A stretch of DNA of 58,131 nucleotides, the filler included, from Circinaria calcarea (Eukaryota), in assembly GCA_051942165.1 (NCBI GenBank). It is 2 parts of 2 records of this genome, joined end to end, with 100 filler letters (N's around TTAATTAATTAA, not from the genome) between each part and the next. Parts side by side here need not be neighbours in the genome. Positions count along the whole stretch, not along the records: positions 1 to 29,020 come from JAVECS010000048.1; 1 more part is not named here. One strand, written 5' to 3'. A model generated the notes under the pieces. That model made no database searches. It was not told the origin of the DNA and saw only the letters and a list, made by a program, of their open reading frames with translations. This document shows positions 1 to 11,946 of the stretch, piece after piece (position 1 is the stretch's first letter; every line of letters begins with the position of its first letter). The position numbers and the translations under genes are program-made.

Positions 1-276
1 GTAGTGAGGGTTGGGGGGGCGGATTGTGCTATGAGAAATCAGACAGACATGGTACTTTTTCAATAATGGATTGACTTGTGGATGAGAGTGTGGATTTCAA
101 TCTATTACCGAACTTAATCATGTTTTTGAAAAAAGAATAAAAAAGGAGGGGGTATCCGCCGTTTATATACAACTATTCTTTCGGTCTAATATATACTCAA
201 AGCCATGAGGCCTTCCCTTTATACATATATATACGTAGGCTTCATTAAATCCCCCTCATCGTATAAACGCCCCATC

Positions 277-3007
277 CTACCATTTAAACAGCATCAAATT
301 AGGATTGAGCCCGATCGGCAACATGATATGGGTAAAGATGACCATTGACAGCGGGAATATCGCGGTGAACTCATTGATCCGCCAAAATGGCGGAGCGAAG
401 TGGGAGACGTATATCATACCTGCAATCATCAAGAGGCAAAAGGTAAACATGACTTTGAATCGGCGGAGCAGTTTGGGAATTTCGAGAAAGAAGGTGGTGT
501 TTTCGACCTCCTTGGCTGTGGCGGTCCACGTCATGTCGATGGAAAAGAGGTGTGAGAGGATCGCCTCGCTAACATGCACGGAGATTCCACCGAAAAATAT
601 ATACAAAAGCAGGATCCATTTGAAGTTCTCGTAAAAGGAATGGACTAAACCATTGACACCCATGCGATAGCGGAGAATGGCAAGAGAAACGTTGCCGATG
701 CCGGAAAAGACGACAACGACGGAGAAGAAGATCTTAAAGGAGTCAATGTAATAATGATCGAGGTTTTGGTAGTACCATCCAACGAGGAACAGGTTCGCCG
801 TTATCAGCAGCCATGCTGAGCCGATGGCGTAGTAGGTTCCGATGTAGGCGAAAATCGACAGCTTCGATGGGAGAGGCATGCTGGATCCGATAAACTTTCG
901 GAACAGCGGAGTGAACGGACCACGGGTAAACCAATGGCGAAAAGGATGAAAGACGAGTTCGCTACAGCCATATGCGTACTTCTTCCACCGAGCCAGTTCG
1001 TCGTATACTGTCAGCGACACCCCTTCCTTGAACTCTGTCCCTTTGTAAGATGCGAGACGAATAATATAACCAACTGTTTGGAGGCGAAGAGCCATATCGA
1101 AGTCTTCTGACACTGTTTTCTCAGACCAATGCATTTCGGTATATTTTCCGCCTCCCAAGGTAGAGGTACTGTCTTCAAAGGCAACTTCCTGAATGGCGGA
1201 CCAGCGGAGCAAAGCGTTATGGCCGACAAATGGGGGGATGTCTCCACAAGCGACAATATACGATATGGTCATGTAAATAAGGCTTGTGAAGAACGAGATG
1301 CCGTTTTCGAAAAAGCTATCCGTGATGTTGAGAACTCCGGAGGGAAATTGTATGATAGCGACCTCCGGAGACAGTTCCATTTCGGTGGCCGCGTCGAGAA
1401 AGCAATCGGTAGGTACGCGGGTATCTGAATCGACAAGTAGAATATAATCGCCAATGCGTATGTTTCCTTCTGCCCAAGTCATTCCAGCGTCTTCGTTAAC
1501 GACATCCCGCAAGCAGCTAGAATACGCATTGGACTCGTCATCATCAGTCCACTGCTCTGATCGATGAACTTTCTGTAGCTTCTCTTCAACTCGATTACTG
1601 ACTGCAAGTGCGTAATTCATATTCGAGGCCTTTTTGAACCTGCCGGCACGAACAAAGATCGGTTCGCCATTGCTGACATCAGTATTATGCTTCGGGCGTG
1701 CAACCCATCCAATATTGTTTTCATCGTAGAACTCTTGTCGCATTTGAGCCTCTTTCTGGGAAAGAAGTTGCATGCCGTCGTCGTTGACAAAGATATTGGC
1801 ACTGCCGCCTTGCATTTCGTACGTCGAAATCGCGGTCTTTAGTGACCGAATGGTTGGCATCAGCACCGCATGTAAGCCTTCCTTGAAGACCGGACATTGA
1901 ATTGTAATTTGAGGAAGACGGCGTCCTGGGTCTCTGATTCGAACGGGTGGTGTGCCTGAATAAAACTTCGTATTGGCATTAGTTTGACTGACGGGTCCGA
2001 TGATTTGAGCCACGCCCACAACGATCGACTGCATGAAGAAAAGACCGAGCCACATCTGCAATGGTACCACTACTGCGAACCCAAGACGCAACATGCCCTT
2101 GTCCATGCCAATTTCTTTTGCAACCTGGCGCCAGCCTCCTCCAATCGCGGCCATTAGAAGCATCAATGTGCATGCAATGAGTATGGAATGAAACAATACT
2201 ACTCTTCGAAGTTCTTCCACCCGGTTCTCTTCTTCATCATTGTCGACCACGGCTTCTTCTGTAATGACGGCTGTCCTCTTTTTCTCCCTCTGGCTATATA
2301 GAGAATTGGATACTCTTGATATTAATTCTCGTTCAATATGTTTAGCCCGAGCTATAATCTGGGATGGGTTGTCTTCCCACACGACCAGACGGCCCGTGTC
2401 CTGGATGAAGGCCGCAAAATGATGTTTTTGGCAGGTTGGAAGATGTGTGATATCTGGCAAGACCTGCAGCCGAAGGCCATTTTCTAGCGATATATGAGGT
2501 TGATCTTTTTGTCGAAGGAAAATTTTGATGACGTTAGTTTGAACAGTCATGGCAGCCTGAAAAGAGGGTTAACCTACTGGACGATGGCTTGCTGGGCGAA
2601 CAGAGACTTACCCTCACGTTAAGCTTCTCCACGGCATCATAGAGATGGCCCCGGGTCTCGGAGAGCTCGGGCGGGCAGGAAATGTAAGAGCGTCTGGAAA
2701 CCTTGACGATGACGCCTTCATCGAAAGCGTCCCTCGTCCACATAAGCCTTTGTTGCTGCGCGTGCAGCCATTCGGATGTAACTTCCGCGCGGAGCTCGTC
2801 GGCCTCATGGGCACTCGATAACCCAAATTCTCCAGCCGTATACCTGGAACTGGGACTGGAAGTGCGTCGAGATGCAGGATAACTTGGTAATAAGGGACTG
2901 GGAAAAGCTTCTGGTTCTGCATGCCATTCCGCCATTTTGACGCTCGCCACGCCCCCTTTCTCCTCAATCTTCCCATCACGGTTGAAGTGCGACCCCAGGG
3001 GCTTCAT
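277..3007 (-). CDS. Fungal multi-TM glycosyltransferase family 2 (processive polysaccharide synthase-like), 2 exons (intron 2557-2611)
   Basis: The 757-aa ORF joins an upstream exon through GTAAGT...CAG. It has GT2 motifs (VNDDG, KKASNMN, LVDSD, SED, ELARW at the QxxRW position), 2 N-terminal TM segments and about 6 C-terminal TM segments. The ATG choice at 3007 is inferred. Confidence 0.85.
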
Positions 3008-4732
3008 GACGGCAGTAGCAGTCAACTAGTGACAAAGCGGGCTGCACGGTAGAAAGGAAAGGTGCCGAATGGAATGATATGTCTCGATAAAATCCACAGC
3101 AGACGGACATACAGGCTGAACGAGCGTGGAGTGGAAAAAGGTAAACAAGCTGATGTCAACGAGAGTGGGAGATGGGATGAATCCCTAGAGGTAGCATTAC
3201 ATATGCCACCACAGGTCCTATCCAACGGAAGCCATGTTGGGGGTTAGAGCAAGGAAAAGATAGCAGATTGTCGACAGGAAGCAACTGCGGCTAAGTAGAG
3301 ATAACCATCTGGGCATGGAGGACCATGACCTGACCATTTTAGGGCAAGTGATCCCATGGCCGCCTTTCGCGTGTTATAAATTTAGAGCTGGTGCTTGGAC
3401 AGTCCGGGGAATCTGGGAGATGTGAACTGGTGTTGCCCGCCACTTCCTCGACGATACGAGCAAGTCTAGGCGGTGTACGGAGTCTGGGGCCCAAGTCCTT
3501 CGCGCCGGCTAGGGCTTACTGGACCTGTTGGCTGCTAAGGTGGGCCGAGCGTACATGGCATGATGACCATCCTACGGGATCCTCTCAACAGAGGGAGAAT
3601 CTCGCCGATGACACCGGCGACGGATGATTGGGGACAGACACGAGGTTGAAGCCCGGATTCTGAAGCTTGTTCACAGCCACCGCTTGCCATGGCCGGACCA
3701 GCAGCTAGAGAGCAACGGCGTTGCATATCGCTTAGGGCGTAGCGATCGAGGATGCATGAGTTTAGAGTCAGTCCGTTGAAAACCCGGGGAAAGCGTGACG
3801 GGCAGCGTGCTGAGAACAGGGCCGGTATTGGTTGAGTGCGCCCGGCCAATCTCCAACCCTCGCGGGTGGATACGGATGGTGCATAACAGGCGCTCTCCCG
3901 GCCTTTGGGCAGGCAATGCCTTGCATAAGGAACATCGATGCTCGCCCCAGAAACCGCGTGGGATTGCCAGATGCCAGCGTCAGAGCGATTAATCATCGGA
4001 GAAATAACAGAAGCGAGTGTCGCTAGTGGCTCGCGCGCTATCGTCCATGTAGCAAGTGACGCTTTATGTAAATCACCTCGTTTCTTAAATAGGCAACCTC
4101 CTCGGCAGCGAACTTTTGCTTATCTTACCGATCACTAGGCGAGGGACTGCAACAGCCAAGGACGGCATCTCGTATTCTATCAATGACAAGGGAATTGTTT
4201 GCCGCCCTTGTCGCTTGAATGTACCTCTCATCCGAAGTACAAAGTGACATTGGTATAGGATTGACCATGATACTGCAAGGTACGACCGGGAGGTACATGT
4301 ACCTTTTTTGGATCGTTTCATGCACGAAGATATCAAAGCTGCAAGGCGCATCAGAACCGGATCGCTTCCACTTGCCATGTTGTCGAGGAGCAATAACGGC
4401 TAATGCTTCCGTGGGCTAAGGCGGTCATCAGACTAATAAGATGTCGTATACTACACTAGGCTGGTGTGCATATCGAAATTAAAAGTCGTGGGAACATGTG
4501 GCGTGAGCTTTGAACTTGGCGTCCCGGCAATGCTCCAGCCCCGTTGGTACGCCCAGCTCATTTCGCTAACCAGCATCCAATTAAAAGGTATGACGGTGTG
4601 CTACCACCCATCACCGCCGACACGACAACAAGTCCCATGAGATCCTCGGGCATACCGCAGCAGGACGGTACTATACATCTATTAAGGGTGTAGCTGTCTA
4701 TCTAGATCCGAGAGCATGCATCACCTCTAGTC

Positions 4733-7700
4733 CTATACGTCCCGGACAGTGATTCCTCCAGATGCCGTGTCGATCTCAGTTTCTACCATCTCTAATCCTG
4801 ACAGACTCGGATACCGCTTACTGAAGTTGCTCTCCCAGTCATCAGTGCTGCCTTGACGAGGCTCCTGGAGCGGCAAGATGGACGGCGCGGATACGAACTG
4901 TTCCCCACGACCTCCAGTTCGAAGCGCCATTGGTTTGGGCGGCGCATTAGGCCGCGGATGCGGTCGATCATTGGGTGGGGTTGGTACGCCTGCGGTCGGT
5001 CGGGGTGGAGTGCGCCCAATGGGAGGTGCAGGTGAGCGTCTCCGCAACTTTTCAACTGGGGCCAGTGCAGGACCGTTTCGCAGATTAGGGCTCGCTGCTC
5101 TGTGAACACTAGCCGCACCCTCAACCCGATTATCTTGCACGGTCCCTGGTGAGGGCGTAAATCGGCCATAGCCTGCAGCAGTCTTCGTGGGTGAAGATTT
5201 GCCATTCTCTTCCAGCAGGGCTTGGACCTTATTCTGGATCGATGTCGCCCGGTTGCCATCTCCCCGGAATCTTCCCCTGTCATTGCCGCCCCTTTCAGCC
5301 ACGCTTTTCTTGTATGCTGCAGCTGCCGCAGCTACTCGCCGTTCTTCTTGTGACAACCGCCGTCGCTCGAGTTCACGGCGAACCTCGGGTGGAACCTCCT
5401 CAGTCTCTTCGACAACTTGCCCATCGTCACTTCTTTCATCCGTTGCCTCAGACCCGGCTATGGGTGTCAACTCGCTACCTCCCTGATGTAACGGAGGGCT
5501 GGACTCCGAAGGGTTGGATTCACCAGCGTTGGTTTCAAACTTGCGAAAAGCGTCGCCAAACCGCCCGGCCAGAAGGGACTTGGTCCCAGAGAGGGACAGT
5601 GATGGCATGCTGGCGCGCTTAATGTGTTTAGACCCACTGCTACTCCGCTTAACTTTCCGTTTTGCGGGATCATCTTCTTCCATGGCCTTTAAAAATTCAA
5701 CGTTGGATTTTATTTTTGTCGGCTCATCTCCATCTTCGGAATTTCCAGTCGTTGCTGAAGTAACATGATCCGTTTTCCGAGAGGTCGAGTAATCGCCCTC
5801 TCCGTCAAGCTTAGCGCTCGATCCCATGTAAGCACTCGAGGGCCTAGCTCTCGAGGCTGCCGACTTGGATCGATTTAGCGTACCGTCGAGGTCCAAACCT
5901 GATGGCCGTTGGCTCTCCAGTGATGGACGCGAAGAGGCTGAAGCTCTCAAGGACGAAGGCGGTGTATTCTGAGAGTGTGACCATTGATCAGGAACTACTG
6001 GACGCCGTGATGACGGCAATTCGGCACCTGGCGATGATATTGTATACTTTGGATGAACAGACCCTCGAGTTTGACTGGATGACCGTTGATCGGCCGACAA
6101 AGGGAATTTGTTGATAGGCGGAGGCGATGGAGATGTCATGGTGCCTATGGAGACCATATTTGGTCTTGAGTGCGTGGGCTGTGCTGCTGTAGAAGTGCTA
6201 ACCGCCTTGACAGAAGATGTTGTACGAAGGTTAAGCTTTAGATCACTTACAACACCCACAGAAATTTGATTAGGACTTAAATGGTGTTGAGGTTCTTTCT
6301 TGGTTGACTGGAATGGTTGAGCAAATGCGTCGTCCGCTAGGGCTTCCGTGACACGCTGACTAATGTCTTTCGGTTGACTGCTCGCCGATGAAGGCTTTTG
6401 GTCAAAAGCGAATTTACTTCCCGAGTCGTGTAGAATGGAAAAATGGTCCAAAGGTGGAAACCGCGATGAAACGTCGTCAATCAGGGCAGAAGTCGGCATT
6501 GAACCGGTTGAAGAGTCCAGGGCTGCAAAAGGATCGCCGCCAGCTGCTCTCATTGGCGAAGGGTTCGGTCGAGGTGCTTCATGTCCATCGGTAGCCTTTC
6601 CTGGCCTTCCGCGTCTCATTGGTGTTATCTCCGGTATTGTGGGTTTCTCTTCATTGGGAGGCACCGTAAATGCACCAACCATTACAGGAGACGTGGTATT
6701 CGATGGAGGTGACGGAAGATGTTGGTTGCGTCGACCCTCTGACACAGTTCGCCCAGCGTAGATCTAAGATAAGTGAGTACACTACTGATCATTCGAAAAA
6801 GCTACGTACGTCTTTTATCGGAATGTCTGTTCCACGCATAAGACACACTTCGCGAACAACCTGATATATGTTAGGTCGCGACTGAGGATTCTCCCTTAGC
6901 ATCGAAGCTATAAAGTTTAGAGTTCAATGCTATAGATCAAGCTTGACTGGTAGCTTACCTATTAATTTCTTCGTTCTGTCCGTAAAAGACGGGTATCCGG
7001 GAAACTTGAAGCTCGCGTTTAGTATAGCCATCTGTCCTTGCTCCTCGAAAGGAGTTGTGTAGTAGCAGAGTTTATATAACAGCACCCCCAACGCCCAGAT
7101 ATCACTTTTTTCATCAATTGGCTGCTTCCGGTAGACATCTATCATCTCCGGACTGCGATACTGTAGTGTAGTATGCTTTTGAACGTCGTCTTCTATTAGG
7201 CGACCTTCTGCTGCGCTCTTAGCTGCAGGTCTGGGGGGAGCTGTGGAGCCAAAGTCACACAGCTTATATCGCGGCGTAGTTCTGGAGGAAGATATAAGAA
7301 TGTTTTCAACCTTGAGATCTCTGTGCAGTAGCGGCGGCTTCAAGTAATGCATGCAGGCGACTCCTTGTGCTACATCGGAAAAGATCTTTAGGATTTCGGG
7401 TTCCGTAAGTCGATTTTGAAGGCGAGTATTCATGAAGTCAATCAGTCCGCCGCCAGCACAGTATTCCATAAGCAGGAAAACCTCATAGCCTCCACCTTTT
7501 AGCTGTGATGCGTGCGAGTCGATGTAGGTAACAATGTGCCGGTGTCCTTTCAGCTTCTTCATAGTCTCCACCTCTATCCTCATACTAGCCAATGCTTCCT
7601 TATCAGGAACCGCCACCCTTTTAAGTACCGCCTCATTCTCTCCATCGATAGGCTTAGGAAGTCGCACAAGGTATACATGGGCAAACCCACCCTCAGAGAG

Positions 7701-7865
7701 ATATTTTTCTATAACGACACGGTGGCTGCCGACCTGAACTTTCGTGCCGGGTACGAAGGTGCCTGAAGGTATAGAAGGACCTGGGCCGGCTGCCACAAGA
7801 TTAGAGAGAACAGGCTGCCGGCTCAGGACATGAGAAGCCGGGGTCGGATGAATGATTGAAGACAT
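4733..7865 (-). CDS. Ark1/Prk1 (NAK family) Ser/Thr kinase regulating actin patches and endocytosis; introns 6908-6958 and 6764-6809
   Basis: Kinase motifs LSEGGFAHVY, HRDLKVEN, LCDFGS and TTLQYRSPEM are typical of NAK kinases. Canonical introns join these to a long S/P-rich tail with DPFAALD and FSKRYPSL motifs. Confidence 0.92.
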
Positions 7866-8611
7866 ATCGAATTGATCATGAAGGTTCTAAACCTTGCGTA
7901 GCCGGGCAGATTTATAATCTTAGCAACATTTCGAGCATTTGTAAGACCAGTGGGAAAATCTGCAGAGAAGTATCGATATGGTGCAAGTCTCGGGCGTAAA
8001 GTTATGGATGGTGGTAGAGATGCAGCAATCACAGGGGGGAGCCCCATGACAAGGTTTCCAAAACATGGCATTATTACTGTGGTATCGAGCGAAATAATCG
8101 CTAGCGCGGTATTTTGGACAGTTCTCACAGCCTACCCAAATCACACTTCTGAATTGTTAGAAAGAAGGATATGCTCCTGAATACTACTCGATATAGGAGA
8201 CTTTTTGCAGTTATCCTTAAGAACATACTTCGTAAACGCTGTTAAAATATCGCTCTATCAATTATTTGGCCAGACACCACTGTATATCAACACTACCTGA
8301 AGCAAGTAACGAGCTGTCTATTATTCTGCGCCTAGGGAAGTTGCACTCAAACCATCGACAAGATGCCGCAAGATTTTTAGATTTTCGCAATTTCCTTCAT
8401 CAGACTACTATGGGCTGCCGTTACGCACTTCGTTGGCATCGATGTGGACCTTGGAGTTTGGATTATACTTTCACCTTCCTTTTCTATCATTCTATCATCA
8501 CTGTAAGAGAAGACTCATCAGGTTTATCGTTCGAGCAGGTGACTTCTATTAGCGATGATCATATGATGAGTTCTATTGAAACACACTTTGCCATACACGA
8601 TCAGCGCCACC

Positions 8612-9509
8612 CTACTCCCAACAGCTCTTGTTCTCTTTGGCAAAGGCAGAGAATGCCTTGGGTTCGCCGCCTGTCACTTCTTTCACAACGTTGTTCATCC
8701 TAGCTTCTACACCGTTCGAGAGCTTGGTATCCAATGAGGCCAACATCTTAGCATAATCTTCTGGCATTCCGTTCGAATGCATGGCAGCTGCTTTTTCGGA
8801 TTCCGTTATTTTCACGTGAGTTATTTTACGATGGAGGACCTTGCTCAGTATATCCGCAACATCATCATAAGAGAGCAGTTCAGGTCCGAGAATGACGTGA
8901 TCAGTGTTATGCGGTGGCTTGTCGACTAACGCATGGAATGCCACTGCCGCGATATCCTCAGCCGAAACGAACGGGGCCTTGCCCTCACCGCTGGCGGAAT
9001 AGAAACGGCTGTGTTGCCGAATTGGGCCGAGATGCTGGCCCTCCGAGAAGTTTTCTGCAGATGGGTGAGATGAAAACATCTGCTTTATTCAGAACATAAC
9101 AGAACTTACCCATGAACCAGGTCGGCCGAAGTACAGCATACTCAACCCCCAGTGATATGAGGTACTCGTGTACTTTACCCGTGAAATGTCCGCCAGCCGG
9201 GATATCGCTAGCACTCAGAAGAACAAACCGCTGGACCCCCTTACTTTTAGCAAAGTCGATGAATGCTTTCATCACCGGCAGGATGTCAAGGACTCCTGAG
9301 GGAGCAACAAGGTAGACGGCGGTGATCTCAGCCTCCACAAAAGGGTTCGGGTGGGTTGTATTGTCCAGCCAGTCAAATCGGCAGCTCTTATACGGCGGTG
9401 GTGCAGAATTGGAACGAGAGGCCAGAAGCACTGGGGTATCGGCATCTTTCAGTAGACGCGCGATTCGCATGGACGTCTTGCCGGTTCCGCCCGTGAGTAG
9501 AATAGTCAT
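8612..9509 (-). CDS. NmrA-like/EasG-like (agroclavine/festuclavine dehydrogenase-like) NAD(P)-binding atypical SDR; intron 9055-9109
   Basis: N-terminal Rossmann motif MTILLTGGTGKT, followed by FDWLD, VLRPTWFM/ENF and PFVSAEDIA. The GTAAGT...CAG intron restores the frame. Confidence 0.85.
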
Positions 9510-9714
9510 GGTAAAGGTTGGATTTGTGGAGAGGTTGATGGTAGCCTTCTCTTTCCCGAAAGTTGTTTGTACAATTCCAAGCTCTTCGAGATGGTTGTGC
9601 CTATATACCTACTAGCAGCTACGGATTGATTTATAATTGTGGAGGTTGGAAGCGTCGGAATTAGGGTTATATCCTAACTCCGCATTGAAGTCAAATTGCA
9701 CCGATAATCCCATG

Positions 9715-10208
9715 GGTCTCGACTAGAGCCACACCTCATCCGACTAGTAAGACACTCCATTTTGCTAGTGAGACACGCCTGCCTTATCGGGGCTATAGCG
9801 GGAAGTAATTATAATTATTTTTATCGTACCTCGTTCTTACTGCCACGGTCGTAATTTATTGCCGTATCTATTATTATCGTATTCGCTGTTGCTGTCGTTA
9901 TTATCTATTATCGCTATTATTTATCACTGTTACTACTAGTATAATAATAATAATAATGGCAGCGACAGTGGCAGCGACAATACCAGCGACAATAATAATA
10001 ATAATAACAGTGGGTGATAACGATAAAAACAATGATAATAAAAGGGTTTCGTGTATCGCAATTTCGGTTCTGATTTAATAAGTGATCTTCTAATATTAGG
10101 CAAGGTAAATTAATTGTTGATAGAATTAGCTGCCGCTATAGCCCCGATAAGGGTGAGTCACGTGGGGGTGTCTCACTAGTCGGATGGGGTGTCGCTCTAG
10201 TCGAGACC
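9715..10208. mobile_element. Non-autonomous TIR element (MITE), Mutator-like, 494 bp, with a 9-bp target-site duplication
   Basis: Imperfect terminal inverted repeats of about 90 bp begin GGTCTCGACTAGAGC and end GCTCTAGTCGAGACC. The identical 9-mer AATCCCATG flanks both ends (9706-9714, 10209-10217). The interior is AT-rich with no ORF. Confidence 0.92.
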
Positions 10209-10735
10209 AATCCCATGAGCTTCGATAGACAGCGTTGAAAACGGACTTTATATGCCATTGGTAAACTCATTACAAGACTGTCAAGGTTTCAAACATCTCC
10301 GACAACGGCATCGAAGTTCTATGAGATATTTCCCACTTTTATTGCAAAGTAAATTGAGCAACGTGACAGAAATAAGTAAGATAGTACTATGGTAGCAGGC
10401 ATAACAGATGTTAGTGTGGTTGTCTTGCAGTAATCATAGAAGGCCCAAACGACAGTTTGAATTCATACAGAAAGACGGAATATATGCCAGAGGATGCCCT
10501 CTATATTATACCTCTTCTTTAAAGAATTTATACGGCCTTTGCTGAGTGTACAGTGTACCCGGGTTGGTCGAAACCCATGCTAACATCTATTGTCCCTGTA
10601 ACCATAGTATTATCTATATTCTGAACCCTGGTATTAATAGGTAAGCATTTTCATCTCGATGTTCGGGATCCTTCTGGAGCCTGGCGTGCCAGGCTAGATC
10701 AGCACCTTGTTCCGTACCCACTCCCCCCCCCAACA

Positions 10736-11310
10736 ATGGCACCAAGTTCATTAGACGTCGCCGACGGTATGATCTTCAGCCTCCTTAGATGTAAAATGCT
10801 CACGATAACACGCAATAGACCGTTTAAGAGCCGTCATCCAAGACCTCTACGAAATTCAATCCGCTACTCACGGCTATCTCGGACCGGAAACCCAACAGGT
10901 CCTAATCCGGAAAATGTAATCATTCTTTTCCCCGTCGCCCTCTACCTCTCCTCGACTCTCCGCTCATTTGACATCTGCACAGTCAAGACCTCACCCAATC
11001 CCTCGCCCAACTCACCACGACCGCCTCCTCCCTCCCCACGCAGGTCCCTCCGGAGGTAATCGACTACGTGGACACGGGGCGTAATCCAGACATCTACACG
11101 CGCGAGTTTGTAGAATTGGTCCAGAGGAGCAACAGCCACCTCAAGGGAAAGCGCGAGGCCCTGGCCGGATTCAGAGACGTATACGCGAAGGAGATCTCGA
11201 CTGCGTGGCCGGAGTTGGAGAGGACGGTGAAGGAGATTTTGGAAGGAAAGGTTGGGGAGAGGAATGGGGTGCAGAAGGAGGAAAATGTCGCAAATGGGGT
11301 TAGGGGTTGA
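10736..11310 (+). CDS. MED10: Mediator subunit 10 (Med10/Nut2), 3 exons
   Basis: The spliced product contains VPPEVIDYVDTGRNPDIYTREFVELVQRSN, the Med10 signature. There are two short canonical introns near 10767-10818 and 10916-10982. Confidence 0.93.
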
Positions 11311-11946
11311 GAGGACGGGAACGGTTGACGTGCTGATGCGCGTGGAGCTCTACCTCCGAAATAAGCGTTGGAGGTGATGCTTTGGAGAAGCTTGTCGGTG
11401 CCGGTCGCTTACACGCAAAGGTGAAGATTACTCAAAGGGGCAAGATATGCCTATTCCGTTGGAAGATTATCTTTGCTTGGGTCAAGAGAAGGGAAGACCA
11501 ACGGAGTCATCCGACATTGCGGCGGTGGGAGCAAGAGAAACGTTCAAACCGCCTCTCCGGATGCAGTGCGGAAGGCAGCCAAGCGCCATATGTGGCTTTG
11601 AAGGGATGTTTATGGGTACAGTTGGCGTGCAGATTTTACGCTATTTTGAGGTTCCAATCCATGCCCGTATGTGATCCTTGGAAGAGAAATTATTTAAGTT
11701 CACAGCGGTCATGGCTGCGGTGCTCATCTTGAGAGGTTGATTGATACCTGCGCATGTTCGAGAAGAGACGAATCATGCCCAGGGTAGGCGACGTTGCTTC
11801 AAAGAAGCTGCCGTAAGCCAAATGAGACCCATACATTTCCATCAGAGGCGACTTTTTCTCGCTTTCTTTTACCAAACGTAGCGCAGTCGGATATCGGATC
11901 CTCGTTTCTGTAACCTTTCCCGCCCATCTAACCAAGCACTGAGGTA

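Noticed and set aside
3030..4730. Several 60-150 aa ORFs between the GT2 and kinase genes
   Set aside because: They overlap on both strands, mostly have non-ATG starts and have no motifs. The region is most simply promoter and UTR sequence.
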